Made by a program: the position numbers and the translations under genes
Assembly: GCA_035221665.1 (NCBI GenBank)
Contig: CM069146.1
Location: 15,996,001 to 16,060,000, forward strand
From: Okamejei kenojei
Taxonomy: Eukaryota
Length of the DNA stretch: 64,000 bases
Direction of reading: 5' to 3'
Notes under the pieces: model-generated
Seen by the model: the letters and a program-made list of their open reading frames with translations, nothing else
Database searches by the model: none
Told to the model about the DNA's origin: nothing
Shown: in pieces, positions 11,558 through 23,184 of the stretch
Layout of the letters: every line of letters starts with the position of its first letter
How positions within the stretch are numbered: the first letter of the stretch is position 1

Positions 11558-13307
11558 TGTGGCGTCAGCTGATGGTCAGACCAGTTACGGTCGAACCCTC
11601 GTCAGTGGTTAATTGTTCGCCACGTTTGGTACCACCGCATTGGTGACCCGCAATGATCCAAATTGGGATTTTGGATTTCTCCCGACTCACGCAGCCTCGG
11701 GAGACCCGATGTCTGCAGCCGACAGCCCAGCCCTGCTGAACGACGCTGCCGCCAACCCGGCCCTACCATCAGGTATACCGCAGGCCGCCTGAATCAATGG
11801 GCACGGTCCGGGCCTTGTTTGACAGCCGCCAATCTCTCCCGCCTGGAGCCGACCACTGGAGCTGAGAGGCTGCGGCTGCCGCTGTTCCCTCACCAGCTGC
11901 TGCAGGATCTCCGAGTTTAGCAGCTCTCTCCCCCACCCCCAGCATCACCGCTGCCCACCCCGGGAGCGGGGAGAGAGCAGGCCCGCCCATTACCCCGCCG
12001 GCCGTTGCTCGAGGTCCTCCCGATCGAGCGGGCCTACCTGCCCGAAGAAGGCCTTCTGCTCCTCACCGGCGCAAATTTCAAACATCCCCTGGCTGCCCAT
12101 CCGGCGGGGCTGTGGTCGGCCCAGGTGCGGGGTGGAGCCTCCGCCGGGCATGAGTTGGCGGTCCCGCGGCAGTGCAGCCGGTCTCCGATGACACTGGCAA
12201 CGGTGGATGGAGTCCCTACCTGCAGCGGTGGGTTGAGGTTCTTCGATGCCGGCCGCCTCAGCCTGTCGCCAAAATGGTCGCCGGGGCCTACTACCACATG
12301 GCTGCCGGCTGGAAGCGACGCTCGATCTGCAGTCTGACCGCCGTCATCAGGGTCGCCTCAGATCGATGGCGTCTCTACATCCTGACCGCCGGCAACAGCG
12401 CCGCTTTAGGTCGGATGGTGTCACTGCAACCTCCTGTTTTCCAGCACAGCTTCTCATCAGACATTGGATTCCTGAGCATCCTGCACCATGGACATTGGAC
12501 AATTTGCACTTTTAGATTCCTACCACTATTGGACTTGTTTGCTCACTGTAGTTTTTTTTCCCTTCACTTTTTTTTTACACTGTAATGACCTCGCCGGGTT
12601 TAGCTACTAGTTTATTCTTATTTCTTGGTTGTAATTTATTTGGTTTGCTCTGTTGCCGATGTCTCCCAGCCATTGTTGAGTGCTGTATTTTTCGGGACAC
12701 TATCCATTGCTGGTCGATGAGATGCAACTGTGTCTCGTCCATCCTGCGGCTTTTGCATTGGTCTCCTCGCAACCCTCAGCATACGGCCGGGATGGCATAC
12801 GGCCGGGATGGCACACAGCCGGAGCGTCGACTGCGCCCACAGGCCCCACCGTCCCGACCCACGGGCCAGGGTGCTCCTGACCCACAGCAGGAGCTGCCCT
12901 CGACCATACTTTCACACCTTCTTGTAGAAGATTAGCGCGTTCTATTCCTTTTCGCCTGTGCATTTACGAGTTTTGGCTGCCACGTTTTGTTGGCCTGCTC
13001 GTTTTCCTTCCTCTGGTTCTGGGGGGGTCCTGTGGTGTCACTTGATGGTCAGACCACTTGTGGTCGAACTCTCGTCAGTGGTTACGAGGGTTGTCATGTG
13101 ACGTCATGGGTTAAGGGGAGTGTCCTGCAAGATAAGCAAATCTCACCTTGAGATAGGGATTTGACAGGTAGCTGAGCTCAAGACAACACCCTCGCTCAGC
13201 AGCAGCAACAATAACTGAATATGTTAGAGGACCAAACTTGCATGTACACCAACCATGTAATGTCTAAATTACTCAACTGTTTGTTCACCACGTTTGGTAC
13301 CGCTACA
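11558..13307 (+). mobile_element. Non-autonomous Ty3/Gypsy-type LTR retroelement
   Basis: TG...CA LTRs: 11558-11639 (internally deleted) and 13031-13307. PBS TGGTGACCC (tRNA-Trp-like) at 11641. G-run PPT just before 13031. 4-bp flanks ccat and cctt. No recognisable gag or pol. Confidence 0.8.
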
Positions 13308-16300
13308 CCTTCAATGTAAAAGTGCAAAGGCATGTTGGTTAACTGATATTAAATCAGAAAATGCTGCAGACACTCAGCAGGCCAGGCAGCATCTGTGAGA
13401 AAAGAGAGTTAATGTTTGAAGTCAAAGATTTTTTTCCAGACCTTGGAAAGAGAAAATATGTTGATTTTTGACAAGACCTTGATCGAAAATGTTAACTCCA
13501 TTTCTACTTTCATAGATGCTGCCTGACTGGCTAAGTGTTTTATTTCAGAGTTTTTCTTGTTCAACTGAGGTATCCATTCAAATTGTAGAGAAATATTTGG
13601 TATAAATGTTTAAAAGAAAGGTATAGGAGAATTGATAGTTTGTGGAGTTTAGGATGAAGAGGAAGGTGAAAGACTAAATGTAAAATCTTGAGAATGGGGA
13701 ACTGGACAATTTTATTTGAACACAATGACACATGAAATGAAGTTCCACCACCAATAAGTACTAATGCACATTGGATAGTTAAATGTTACAAGTTCTACAG
13801 ATGCGTTCTGTTCAATGCGATTGCTAGATATTTTCTTGTATAACCAAACAAAACAATAACAGGAGCTCAAATTGATTTTTTTTAAGAGTAGGAAGAATTC
13901 CTTATCAAATATATTCATCATCCAGTATTCTGAATAATCTGGATCTATATCCCTAATTTTCTTCTGTTCAGATTTTATTGAGGAATACCATGCACATTTT
14001 CCATTATTAGATTACAAATCTGTTATTAGAATATAAACATTCTATCATTTATATTTTAAGTGCACTAATAATTAAAATAATGCTACCTTTCCACTGAAGA
14101 GTTAAAATAATTAACGATGGCATTTGAGTGAGTAGTGAATATTTTGGACTTCCGGGGTATGAAGTGGGGCTCTAATGTATTGATATTGTTGTTGATCGGA
14201 CAATATGAATTTGTAATTTGAGAACTGAAATCAATTTTTAAATAAATCTGGAAATAAAAAGCACTGTTTCTGCTCCTGCATGTTACTGTGGTTCCTGTTT
14301 TATAATGGTTTTTGGAGAACAAAAATGAGGAGCAAAAGGAGATGTGTGGGGCAACTTTTTTTTTGCACAGGGTGGTGAGTGCCTGGAACACATTATTAGG
14401 GTTTGTGGTTGAGGCAGATACAATAGTGGTATTTAAGAGGCTTTTGGATAGGTATATGGTATATCCAAATGGATATATGGCAGGGAAAGGAGGGAAATGG
14501 ATTATGCGCAGATGATGATGGTTTTGGCATCATGTTTGGCACCGACAGTGGACGAAGGGCGTGTTCTTTTGCTCACTGTTCTTGTGCTGCATTGTTCTAT
14601 GTTCAATAGCACTAAAGGCAGCAACTTTAGTTTAGAGATACAGCGCGGAAACAGCCCCTTCGGTACACCTAGTCAGCGCCGACCAGCACTGTAAGGCAGC
14701 ACCATCACCGTGCCGCCCTATAAGCTTTCTTTTTGTATGTAACCTAGCTAAAACTTGTTGAAACTTCATCAGATATAAATTATGTTTTCCATTGGAGATT
14801 TGCATTTACAAAAACTTCTTTTGCAAAGATGTCTACTCTGTACACAGATTTAATTAGAATTGATCCTGTGGGTTTTAGCAACTCAATACACCATAGCCTT
14901 CTGCAGGAAAGAATTCAACCTGATTAAGTTGGTGTACCATGCTCAAGTATACATTTTCCTTTCCCTACCAATTTCCCTGTACTATAACCATCAATAATAT
15001 TGTTAAAAACAATATTTTTTGTGCTAATTCAAAGCAATCAGTTATGTTCCATTGGATTTAAGTGTGACTATGCCCAAAACATACTTATTATTCTTGGTAA
15101 ATGCAGTTAAAATCCTTACGTAATTGTAAATGTATACCACCACCACTGCGGGGGGGGGGGGGGGGACACTGCCTGGTGAAAAATGCAGCCTTATTTGAAC
15201 TTTTCTCTGTTTTCTTTGCATTCCGGTTTCTTTTCTATGCTTCTCTCTTATTCAGAAAAGCATAGAATTTTATGCATAGAAGGTTTGTCATGTTTACGAC
15301 CATGCAGGGATTTCTTCTCAACCTTCTGTCTTAACGCCATATCTCTTGCCTTTCTGTGTTTTTTTTGCTTTTTTACTCACTGATATTTATAAAACACTGT
15401 TCTCCAGATAATGTAATTAAGTTGATTTGGAGCTTTCTATTTTACTAAAAACACCATATTTAGCTTTACTGACTAATCATTTACAGCCTGATAAACAAAT
15501 GGGTGTTATCTTTCTCCTGCTTTATTTTCATTTGTTTGGGTTTCTCTGTTCTTTGTGAGCTGAGATGTGCCATATTGTAATGACAAACATTTCAGTAGAA
15601 ATTGAAGAGTCATTAAATCCTTTTTTCTAAAATCCTTTTAACTGCTTATGTCAGTGGCTTCTATTGTTGGTGCAGCAGCTCCATAATTCCATAACTATCT
15701 GAGAAGATTCCTGTACCTTATGCCTTGTATCTTTGAGATCTATCCCCATAGGTAGTTTCCATAAGTACTAAATTAGGATGATTGTTTGCTTGTGGAAAAA
15801 GACCCACCCTGCAGGGTTTTAAAGAGCTGATTGCCTCAAAATTGTTTATAATTTTTACCTGCATCTTAAAATTAAGGTCAGATTTCTGAATTCTTGCACC
15901 TCTCTACAGTTTCCATATGTTTGGTCGGAGAGGTATTTTTGGCTATTAATGCTCTTCATTATGAGAAAAAAAGCACGATTGAAATGAGATAGTTTCTAGA
16001 AGGAAAATCCTCTTCTTGGGATATCATAATTCAGTGCTGCATTCAAAGCTCAGTTTAATAAGAAAACATGGGTGGTTTGTTAGGTTTTGTAACCAGCTTT
16101 AATTTTAGTTAACAAATATGCTTAAAACTATTGCCTCAGAATATAGTGTTCTCTTCATGGTGAGTTTGTGTCTTGGCTCCATTATTTCCTCATGTTTCTT
16201 GGCGCCCAATTGCATATAGTCTCTACCCTGGGAACATTGTCACATTTAGGAAATGATGAGCAGTTATTGTCTATAAAACACTTTAAAGGGGAAATAAAAA

Positions 16301-16919
16301 ATTCCAAAGAAATTGGATCAAACTAAAGTTAATGCATTAACATTAGATCGAAAGAAACATCTTGAGATAGAAAAATATTCAAATCTTGTAAATCTTCTTA
16401 AAATTAATTTGCTCTAACTTCAGAATATGCTGCAAAAAACTTAGTTTATTACTTTTAAGGTGTCTCCCTGGCCAACTCTTATCACCAAGTAACTACACTC
16501 TAGTTATGTGTATTGGAACTATTATCTAGATTGATTGAATTGAAGGGAACAAAATCAATCCAGTACATTTTTTCTTAAGATTCTGTACCTTTGTTTGGGC
16601 TTGCATAAAACCTATGTTCTTGATGAGATGGCTGATATTAGGAATGGTTCATGTGGGGATTCCATGCACAATACTTATTTCTGAAATAAGGAAGTAGAAA
16701 AACCTTTTTTTCTACCAGTAATAAACGTTTGTTACCAATTTCCTTTCAAAATATTCCAATCATATATTGACTGTTACATGCAAATAAGGAGATTGTTTAT
16801 ACTGTTGTTGAAATAAGATTGTTTTAATCACTGGATTGAAAAGCCAAAGGCAGGAGTAGCTAACTCATTGATACTTTATTTTCTGTTGTTTTTTTAAACT
16901 TATTTCATTTCCTAAAAAT

Positions 16920-17071
16920 NNNNNNNNNNNNNNNNNNNNNNNNNNNNNNNNNNNNNNNNNNNNNNNNNNNNNNNNNNNNNNNNNNNNNNNNNNNNNNNNN
17001 NNNNNNNNNNNNNNNNNNNNNNNNNNNNNNNNNNNNNNNNNNNNNNNNNNNNNNNNNNNNNNNNNNNNNNN
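16920..17071. other. Assembly gap (152 N)
   Basis: Run of n ending 15 nt before exon B. Confidence 1.
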
Positions 17072-17086
17072 TTGTTTTGTTTAAAG

Positions 17087-17298
17087 GACCATAACTATGG
17101 TGCTCCTCCTCCTCCAACACCCCCAGCTTCACCACCCGCACAGACTATAATCGCCCGAGTTGAGTTGAATCGATTGCGTTGCCAGCGATATGATGACAAT
17201 TCCGAGGATAGTGACAGTTCATCTGAGGACGAGAACCTTCCCTGGTGTCATTGTAGCTTAACCCAGGATGGTTTTATTATCACATGCGAGAACTGCAG
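17087..17298 (+). CDS. SETD5: SETD5 exon B: DHNY motif, Pro-rich tract, half-PHD Cys pairs
   Basis: ttaaag|GAC...TGC AG|gtacga. Encodes DHNYGAPPPPTPPASPPAQTIIARVELN...WCHCSLTQDGFIITCENC. 212 nt. An alternative in-frame acceptor is possible at 17144. Confidence 0.93.
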
Positions 17299-17504
17299 GT
17301 ACGAAATAAACTGAATGAACAGAATCATGTTTGTTGGCGCACCAATTTAGTAGCATTCAATGCTAAGGTCAGCAACAGTTTGATTGAAGTTATTGCAATT
17401 TGTCTACCTGTGTTTGGAAGTGGGATTCAGCATAATCCACAAAATGTGTTCATGATAACGTTGAAAACAATTTCAAAATAATTCCTTTAATTTTAATATT
17501 TCCT

Positions 17505-17790
17505 CATGACGCAGAAGGAAGCTATTCAGCCCATAATCTATGCCAACTCACAGACCTATTGTTTTTCACTAATTTTCCTTTTAACATACCCCCGAATTCC
17601 CATCAACTCTACTCTCCTCCATAGGCCAATTAGACTTTTGGCTCACATGTCTTTGGGGTGTGGGAGGAAACCGGAGCACCCAGAGGAAAATCCTGTGGTT
17701 ACATTGCATGCGTTCAAATGTATCGCTGACAGCACTGGATGTTTGGATCGAACCCAGCTGCTTAAGCTGTGAGACGGCCGCTCTGTTACA
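17505..17790 (-). mobile_element. Diverged HE1/V-SINE-like tRNA-derived SINE
   Basis: Core tgtgggaggaaaccggagcacccagaggaaa and a B-box-like ggatcgaaccc on the minus strand. Confidence 0.7.
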
Positions 17791-18015
17791 TGCACTTATC
17801 GTATTATCCTAAATCTCCCAATGAAAATTTTAGCAATATTTAACAATCCCATTTTATGTCTTTGAATTAGATTTTCAGGGTAGCGTCTTAAAAATGTTTA
17901 AATGGTTTCTCATGATCCTTTCGCAGATGCTATATTTATGCTGGTTTTAAGATATTCTGTCACAACTTTGGTTGTCAGTTACTCATTGTGTTGCTGTCTG
18001 CATTGACAATCACAG

Positions 18016-18074
18016 GGGCCTAGACAGGCGAAAGGTTATCAGACTCCAGCGCAGGAAGCAGGAGAATGTGTCTG
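18016..18074 (+). CDS. SETD5: SETD5 exon C
   Basis: cacag|G GGC...TCT G|gtaagt. Encodes (R)GLDRRKVIRLQRRKQENVS, similar to SETD5 KVIRLHRRKQDNIS. 59 nt, phases fit both neighbours. Confidence 0.93.
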
Positions 18075-18651
18075 GTAAGTTAAAAAAAAGTTCATTTAGA
18101 AATTTCCTTTAGTCCATATTTTATTTTATTGATACTAACTGACATCAAAGAAAATAATTATTTGACATTATTATGTTTTTCTGTTCCATTTGTATTTTGT
18201 ACTTCACTTTCTGATTCATTTGAATTTTGTATTTGAAAGAACTATGAATGATTTCACTGACCAGCTTGGAGTTTTTCCCTGTATATCATTGTGAAAGTCA
18301 AATACATCCTATGAATCGGTTAACATTCAGCTGAAGCGCATTTAAATTTCCCTGCACCATTGATGGTTCCATTCTTCCACAATTGTACATGTATTTCTTA
18401 TTTAAAAAAACAATACATTTCACAGAAATTTGAAATTGACATTGTGATGCATTATATACATCAGCTGTTGAATATTTTAAAAGCTTGCAGTGCTGTTACA
18501 GTTTTTACAATTGTTTTATTGTTCTCAAACACTAGCTATTTAAAAAAAAAAAATGCACTTACCCACTACCACACTGCGGCACCTTTTGCAGGTCAAAGTT
18601 GGACAAGCCTAGTGTTTAAAGGTTTGCTTAGTTCTGTGTTGTAGCTCCCAT

Positions 18652-18990
18652 TTAGCTTAGGTTCATTATTGTCCTGTGGACCAAGGAAGAGTGAAAAGCC
18701 TTGTCTGACATGCTATCTAAGCAAATTAAATAATAGCAAACATAAATCCAATCAAGCCAAACTCAGGTACAATAGGTAGAGTGAAAAATACAGAGTGTAG
18801 AATGTAGTTATCAACATCGTAGAGCAACAGTTCCCGAGACGGGTCTAACGTCCGCTCTGAGGCAGAGAAGAATCAGACTGTGCCCAAGCTCATGGAAGGA
18901 CGGTTCGGAGGCTTGATAATAGAGGAGAAAAACCTGTTCCTGAGTCTGGTGGTATGCGCTTTCAAGCTTCTCTATCTTCCGCCCGGTGAT
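18652..18990 (-). mobile_element. Rex1/Babar-like LINE 3' end
   Basis: Minus strand gives GGR*RSLKAHTTRLRNRFF (cf. SGRRYRS...TTRLRNSFFP), followed by a 3' UTR. Confidence 0.65.
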
Positions 18991-19299
18991 TTTCCTGTGT
19001 TAAGAAAGCTAAGCACAATAGTCAGTAATGTATTTTTTGCATAGGCTCTAATTTTGAAGTCCAACATAGATATTTGAAGTTGGTTCAGGAAAAAATCTAA
19101 ATAGTATATCTCACAACTTGATAGCATTCAGAGGCACTATGTACAACACCAAAATATTGAAGTCTTTTAATGTATACATTTTTGTACTCGTACAGTTTTG
19201 TTCGAGCAAATGGATGAAAAAAAAAAATTAAAAGTGGAAATAAAGTCAATTTTTTTTTAAATACACCTGACAGCGCAGAAAAGGAGTTGAAAGGTGTAC

Positions 19300-21134
19300 T
19301 AGTGGCAGAGGACATAGGGTTACGGAGGAACTGAAGGAAATTAACATTAAGTCTGAAATGGTGTTGAATAGACTGATGGGACTGAAGGCTGATAAATCCC
19401 CAGGGCCTGATGGTCTGCATCCCAGGGTACTTAAGGAAGTGGCTCTGGTAATCGTGGGCGCATTGGTGATCATTTTCCAATGTTCTTAGGATCAGTTCCT
19501 GTGGATTGGAGGGCAGCTAATGTTATCTCACTTTTTAAGAATGGCGGCAGAGAGAAAACACGGAATTGTAGACCAGTTAGCCAGACATCGGTGGTAGGGA
19601 AGATGCTGGAGTCAATAATAAAACATGAAATAGTGGCATATTTGGAAAGCAGTAGCAGGATCGGCTCAGCATGGATTCACGAAGGGGAAATCATGCTTGC
19701 CTAATCTTCTGGAATTTTTTGAGGATGTAACCAGGATAATGGACAAGGGAGAGCCAGTGGTTGTAGTGTACCTGGACTTTCGGAAAGCATTTGATAATGT
19801 CCAACATAGGAGATTAGTGGGCAGAATTGGAGCACATGGTATTGGGGGTAGAGTGCTGACATGGATAGAAAATTGGTTGTCAGACAGGAAACAAAGGGTG
19901 GGAATTAACGGGTCCCCTTCAGAATGACAGGCAGTGATTAGTGGGGTTCCGCAAGGCACTGTGCTGGGACCTCAGCTATTTACAATATCTATTAATGATT
20001 TGGATGAAGGGAATAAAAGTAACATTAGCAAATTTGTAGATGACACAAAGCTGGGTGGCAGTGTGAACTGTGAGGAGGATGTTATGAGGATTCAGGGTGA
20101 CTTGGACAGGTTGGGTGAATGGGCAGATGCAGTTTAATGTGGATAATTGTGAGTTTATCCACTTTGGTGGCAAAAACAGGAAGGCAGATTATTATCTAAA
20201 TGGTGTCAAGTTGGGAAAAGGGAAAGTATAACGGGATCTGAGGGTCCTTGTTCATCAGTCACTGAAAGTAAGCTTGCAGGTACAACAGGCAGTGAAGAAA
20301 GCGAATGGCATGTTGGCCTTCATAACAAGAGGAGTTGAGTGTAGGTGCAAAGAGGTCCTCCTGCATTTGTACAGGGCCCTAGTGAGACCACACCTAGAGT
20401 ATTGTGTGCAGTTTTGGTCTCCAAACTTGAGGAAGAATATTCTTGCTATTGAGGGAGTGCAGCGTAAGTTCGCCAGGTTAATTCCCAGGATGGCAGGACT
20501 GTCATATGTTGATCGATTGGAGCGGCTGGGCTTGTATACTCTGGAATTTAGATGGATGAGAGGGGATCTTATTGAAACATAAGATTATTAAAGGTTTAGA
20601 TATGCTAGAGGCAGGAAACATGTTTCCAATGTTGGGGGAGTCCAGAACCAGGGGCAATAGTTTAAGAATAAGTGGTAAGCTATTTAGAACGGAGATGAGG
20701 AAAAATGTTTTCACACAGTTGTGAGTGTGTGGAATTCTCTGCCTCAGAAGGCAGTGGAGGCTGGTTCTCTGGATGCTTTCAAGAGAGAGTTAAAGTAGAG
20801 TAAATTTTATTTGTACAGCACGTTTAAATCAACTCGCGTTGAAACCAAAGTGCTTCACATAAAATGAAATAAAGTTTCCGTACATCCATAGAAAAATAAA
20901 AAAATAACATGAATTTTATAGATTATAGAATTCAACATGAACGTCTCCCCACAACAGAAACAAAATTTTCCACTGTGGGGAAAGGCATCAAATAGTTAAG
21001 TCCTCTTCCTCTGTGAATCACCAGTTAAGGGATATGGGGAGAAGGCAGGAACGGGGTACTGATTGTGGATGATCAGCCATGATCACATAGAAAGGCAGTG
21101 CTTGCTCGAAGGGCCGAATGGCCTATTGTCTATT
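19300..21134 (+). mobile_element. 5'-truncated CR1-like LINE (RT domain to 3' tail), degenerate
   Basis: KSPGPDGLHPRVLKE, VPVDWRAANV, CRPVSQTSVVGKMLE, YLDFRKAFD, SGVPQGTVLGP, FVDDTKL, LVRPHLEYCVQFWSP. Contains stops and frameshifts. An antisense L2-like tail is inserted at about 20793-21022. Confidence 0.92.
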
Positions 21135-21805
21135 TAAACATGTAATCCTATTGTATTCCTTAGCTCCTCCAAAGAAAAAGAAGTGGAGTTTAAAATAGAG
21201 CAAAGAGAACATTTGTTTTATTCAGCCCTTGTTCATGAGGGGATGAATTTAGAAACATAGAAAATAGGTGCAGGAGTAGGACATTCGGCCCTTCGAGGCT
21301 GCACCGCCATTCAATATGATCATGGCTGATCATAGAAAAAGCAGAACATTGGATTAAATAGTAACAATGAAGAAACATAATCAGCTATTAACGTAAGGGA
21401 CTAATGTCAGTCAGGGAAGTCAGGTGAAGTAATTTGGTTTGTGAACAAACGCAGCGCATTGAACATGCTGGCAATTCATTTCCTTGCATTTAGTTATTTT
21501 GGGTTCTAAATCTATGAACAACACGTTTAACCTATTTTAGGAAAAGTAATCTTTGTTATCAGAAGGAAAGTAAGTAATATAATGTATGTTTGGTGTTAAA
21601 ATCTTAAGTGGCAGGTACTTTTGCAATTAGATGATGCAACTAATTGATGCAACTTGTGGCTCTATTGCATGATTGAGTGCTGGTGAATTTTATTGACTTT
21701 CTGTCTCCAGCACTGTAGCACACCAAGTTTAAGGTAATTCTGCAGGCCAATCGAAGGAAATTAACTACTTTAAAAAATATATCATGTGATTCCTTTACTG
21801 TATAG

Positions 21806-21993
21806 TTGGAGATAGCAGTGCAACCGAGAGTGGGGATGAGGAGGTGTCACCATCAACCGTGTCATACACAGCAACGCAACACACGCCGACTAGCATCACA
21901 CTCACAGTCAACCGTGTGAAGAGAACCAAGGCAAAGAAGAGGAAGAGAAGTACAGAAAAATCAAAAAATGCCCCCAAAGCCAAAAAAATAAAG
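21806..21993 (+). CDS. SETD5: SETD5 exon D
   Basis: tatag|...AAG|gtgggt. Encodes [34 protein letters not shown]...KKRKRS...KKIK (basic, NLS-like). 188 nt. Confidence 0.95.
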
Positions 21994-22647
21994 GTGGGTG
22001 TTTCAAAAAACACTTGTGCACTTTTGTCAGTACCTTTTTTGTTCCGGGATTGCACCCAGAATATCTGAAAAGTGGTGATTTATGAAGAAAATATCAAACA
22101 TCTAATTTAATCAAATGAGCAGAGCCTGTATTGTCCGCAAGTAGTCAAATAAATAAACAGTGCACGGCTTGTCATCATGAGTTGTTTTTATATTTACTAG
22201 AGAGAAGGAGATAGTGCTTTTGGAAGACTTGCTCTATAATATGCAGTTATTGAAACAGTTGGTGGAACAATCATATATGTGTAGAATACATAAGTCACAG
22301 AAGCATATTAGAAATAAAACTAATATATGAGTGAATAGCGGTGCTGGCTTGAAGGGCCGAATGGCCTACTCCTGCACCTATTGTATATTGGTCTGTTAAA
22401 TGGAATTCAACTCGGACAAGTTCAAGATGTTGCATTTTGTTAAGTTATTGTGTCTCAAGAGTTTGAATACGTTTTTTTTTTAAGAGGTGACGAAGAAGAT
22501 TGAGGGCTATGCAATAGACATTGTCTACACGGACTTTAGCAAGGCCTTGTAACTTGGTTTGGAAAGTTGTAATTCATGAGATTCGGGATAAGCTGGCCAA
22601 TTGAATACAATATTGGCTAGGTTGTAATCAGAGGGTGGCAGTGAATA

Positions 22648-22853
22648 TAGCGGTATGACTTCTCTAACCAAGTAATCCTTGCCTTCCCTCTCTCTCTCCA
22701 GCCCTCCCCCTTCCCAGTTCTCCGACCAGTCTTACTGTCTCCAACTTTTTATCTGTTAGCTTTGTTGTTACCTTCTCCCAGCTAACAATGATCTTTTCTA
22801 CATTTTCCTTTGACCTGTTTTCACACCTTCACACTTCCTTATCTATGTATTTC

Positions 22854-22897
<44 letters not shown>

Positions 22898-23000
22898 CAT
22901 CAGTCTGAAGAAGAGTCTCGACCCGAAACGTCAACCATTCCTTCTCTCCAGAGATACTGCCTGTCCCACTGAGTTACTCCAGCATTTTGTGCCTATCTTC
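22648..23000 (+). mobile_element. Penelope 3' end (pseudo-LTR) insertion with a hammerhead-like core at 22905-22932
   Basis: Exact 14-bp TSD ggtggcagtgaata (22634-22647 and 23001-23014). Contains a run of about 41 C and CTGAAGAAGAGTCTCGACCCGAAACGTC. Confidence 0.85.
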
Positions 23001-23184
23001 GGTGGCAGTGAATAGTTGTTTTTCAGATTGGATGCTGTGGCCAGTGCTATGCCGCAGGGTCCACTCTTGTTTGTCATTATGTTAATCATTTGGATGAGAA
23101 TATAGACGGCATGCTTTCTCAGCCTGCAGATGACACCAAAACCGGTGGTATAGTGGACAGAAGAATTTACAATAGGATCTAGAG

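Noticed and set aside
10399-12963. Dense overlapping ORFs and CpG-island-like composition
   Set aside because: They lie inside GC-rich transposable elements and show no protein motifs.
15149-15166. Poly-G run (also the poly-C run at 22855-22895)
   Set aside because: Homopolymer lengths are unreliable in assemblies, and I see no independent sign of function.
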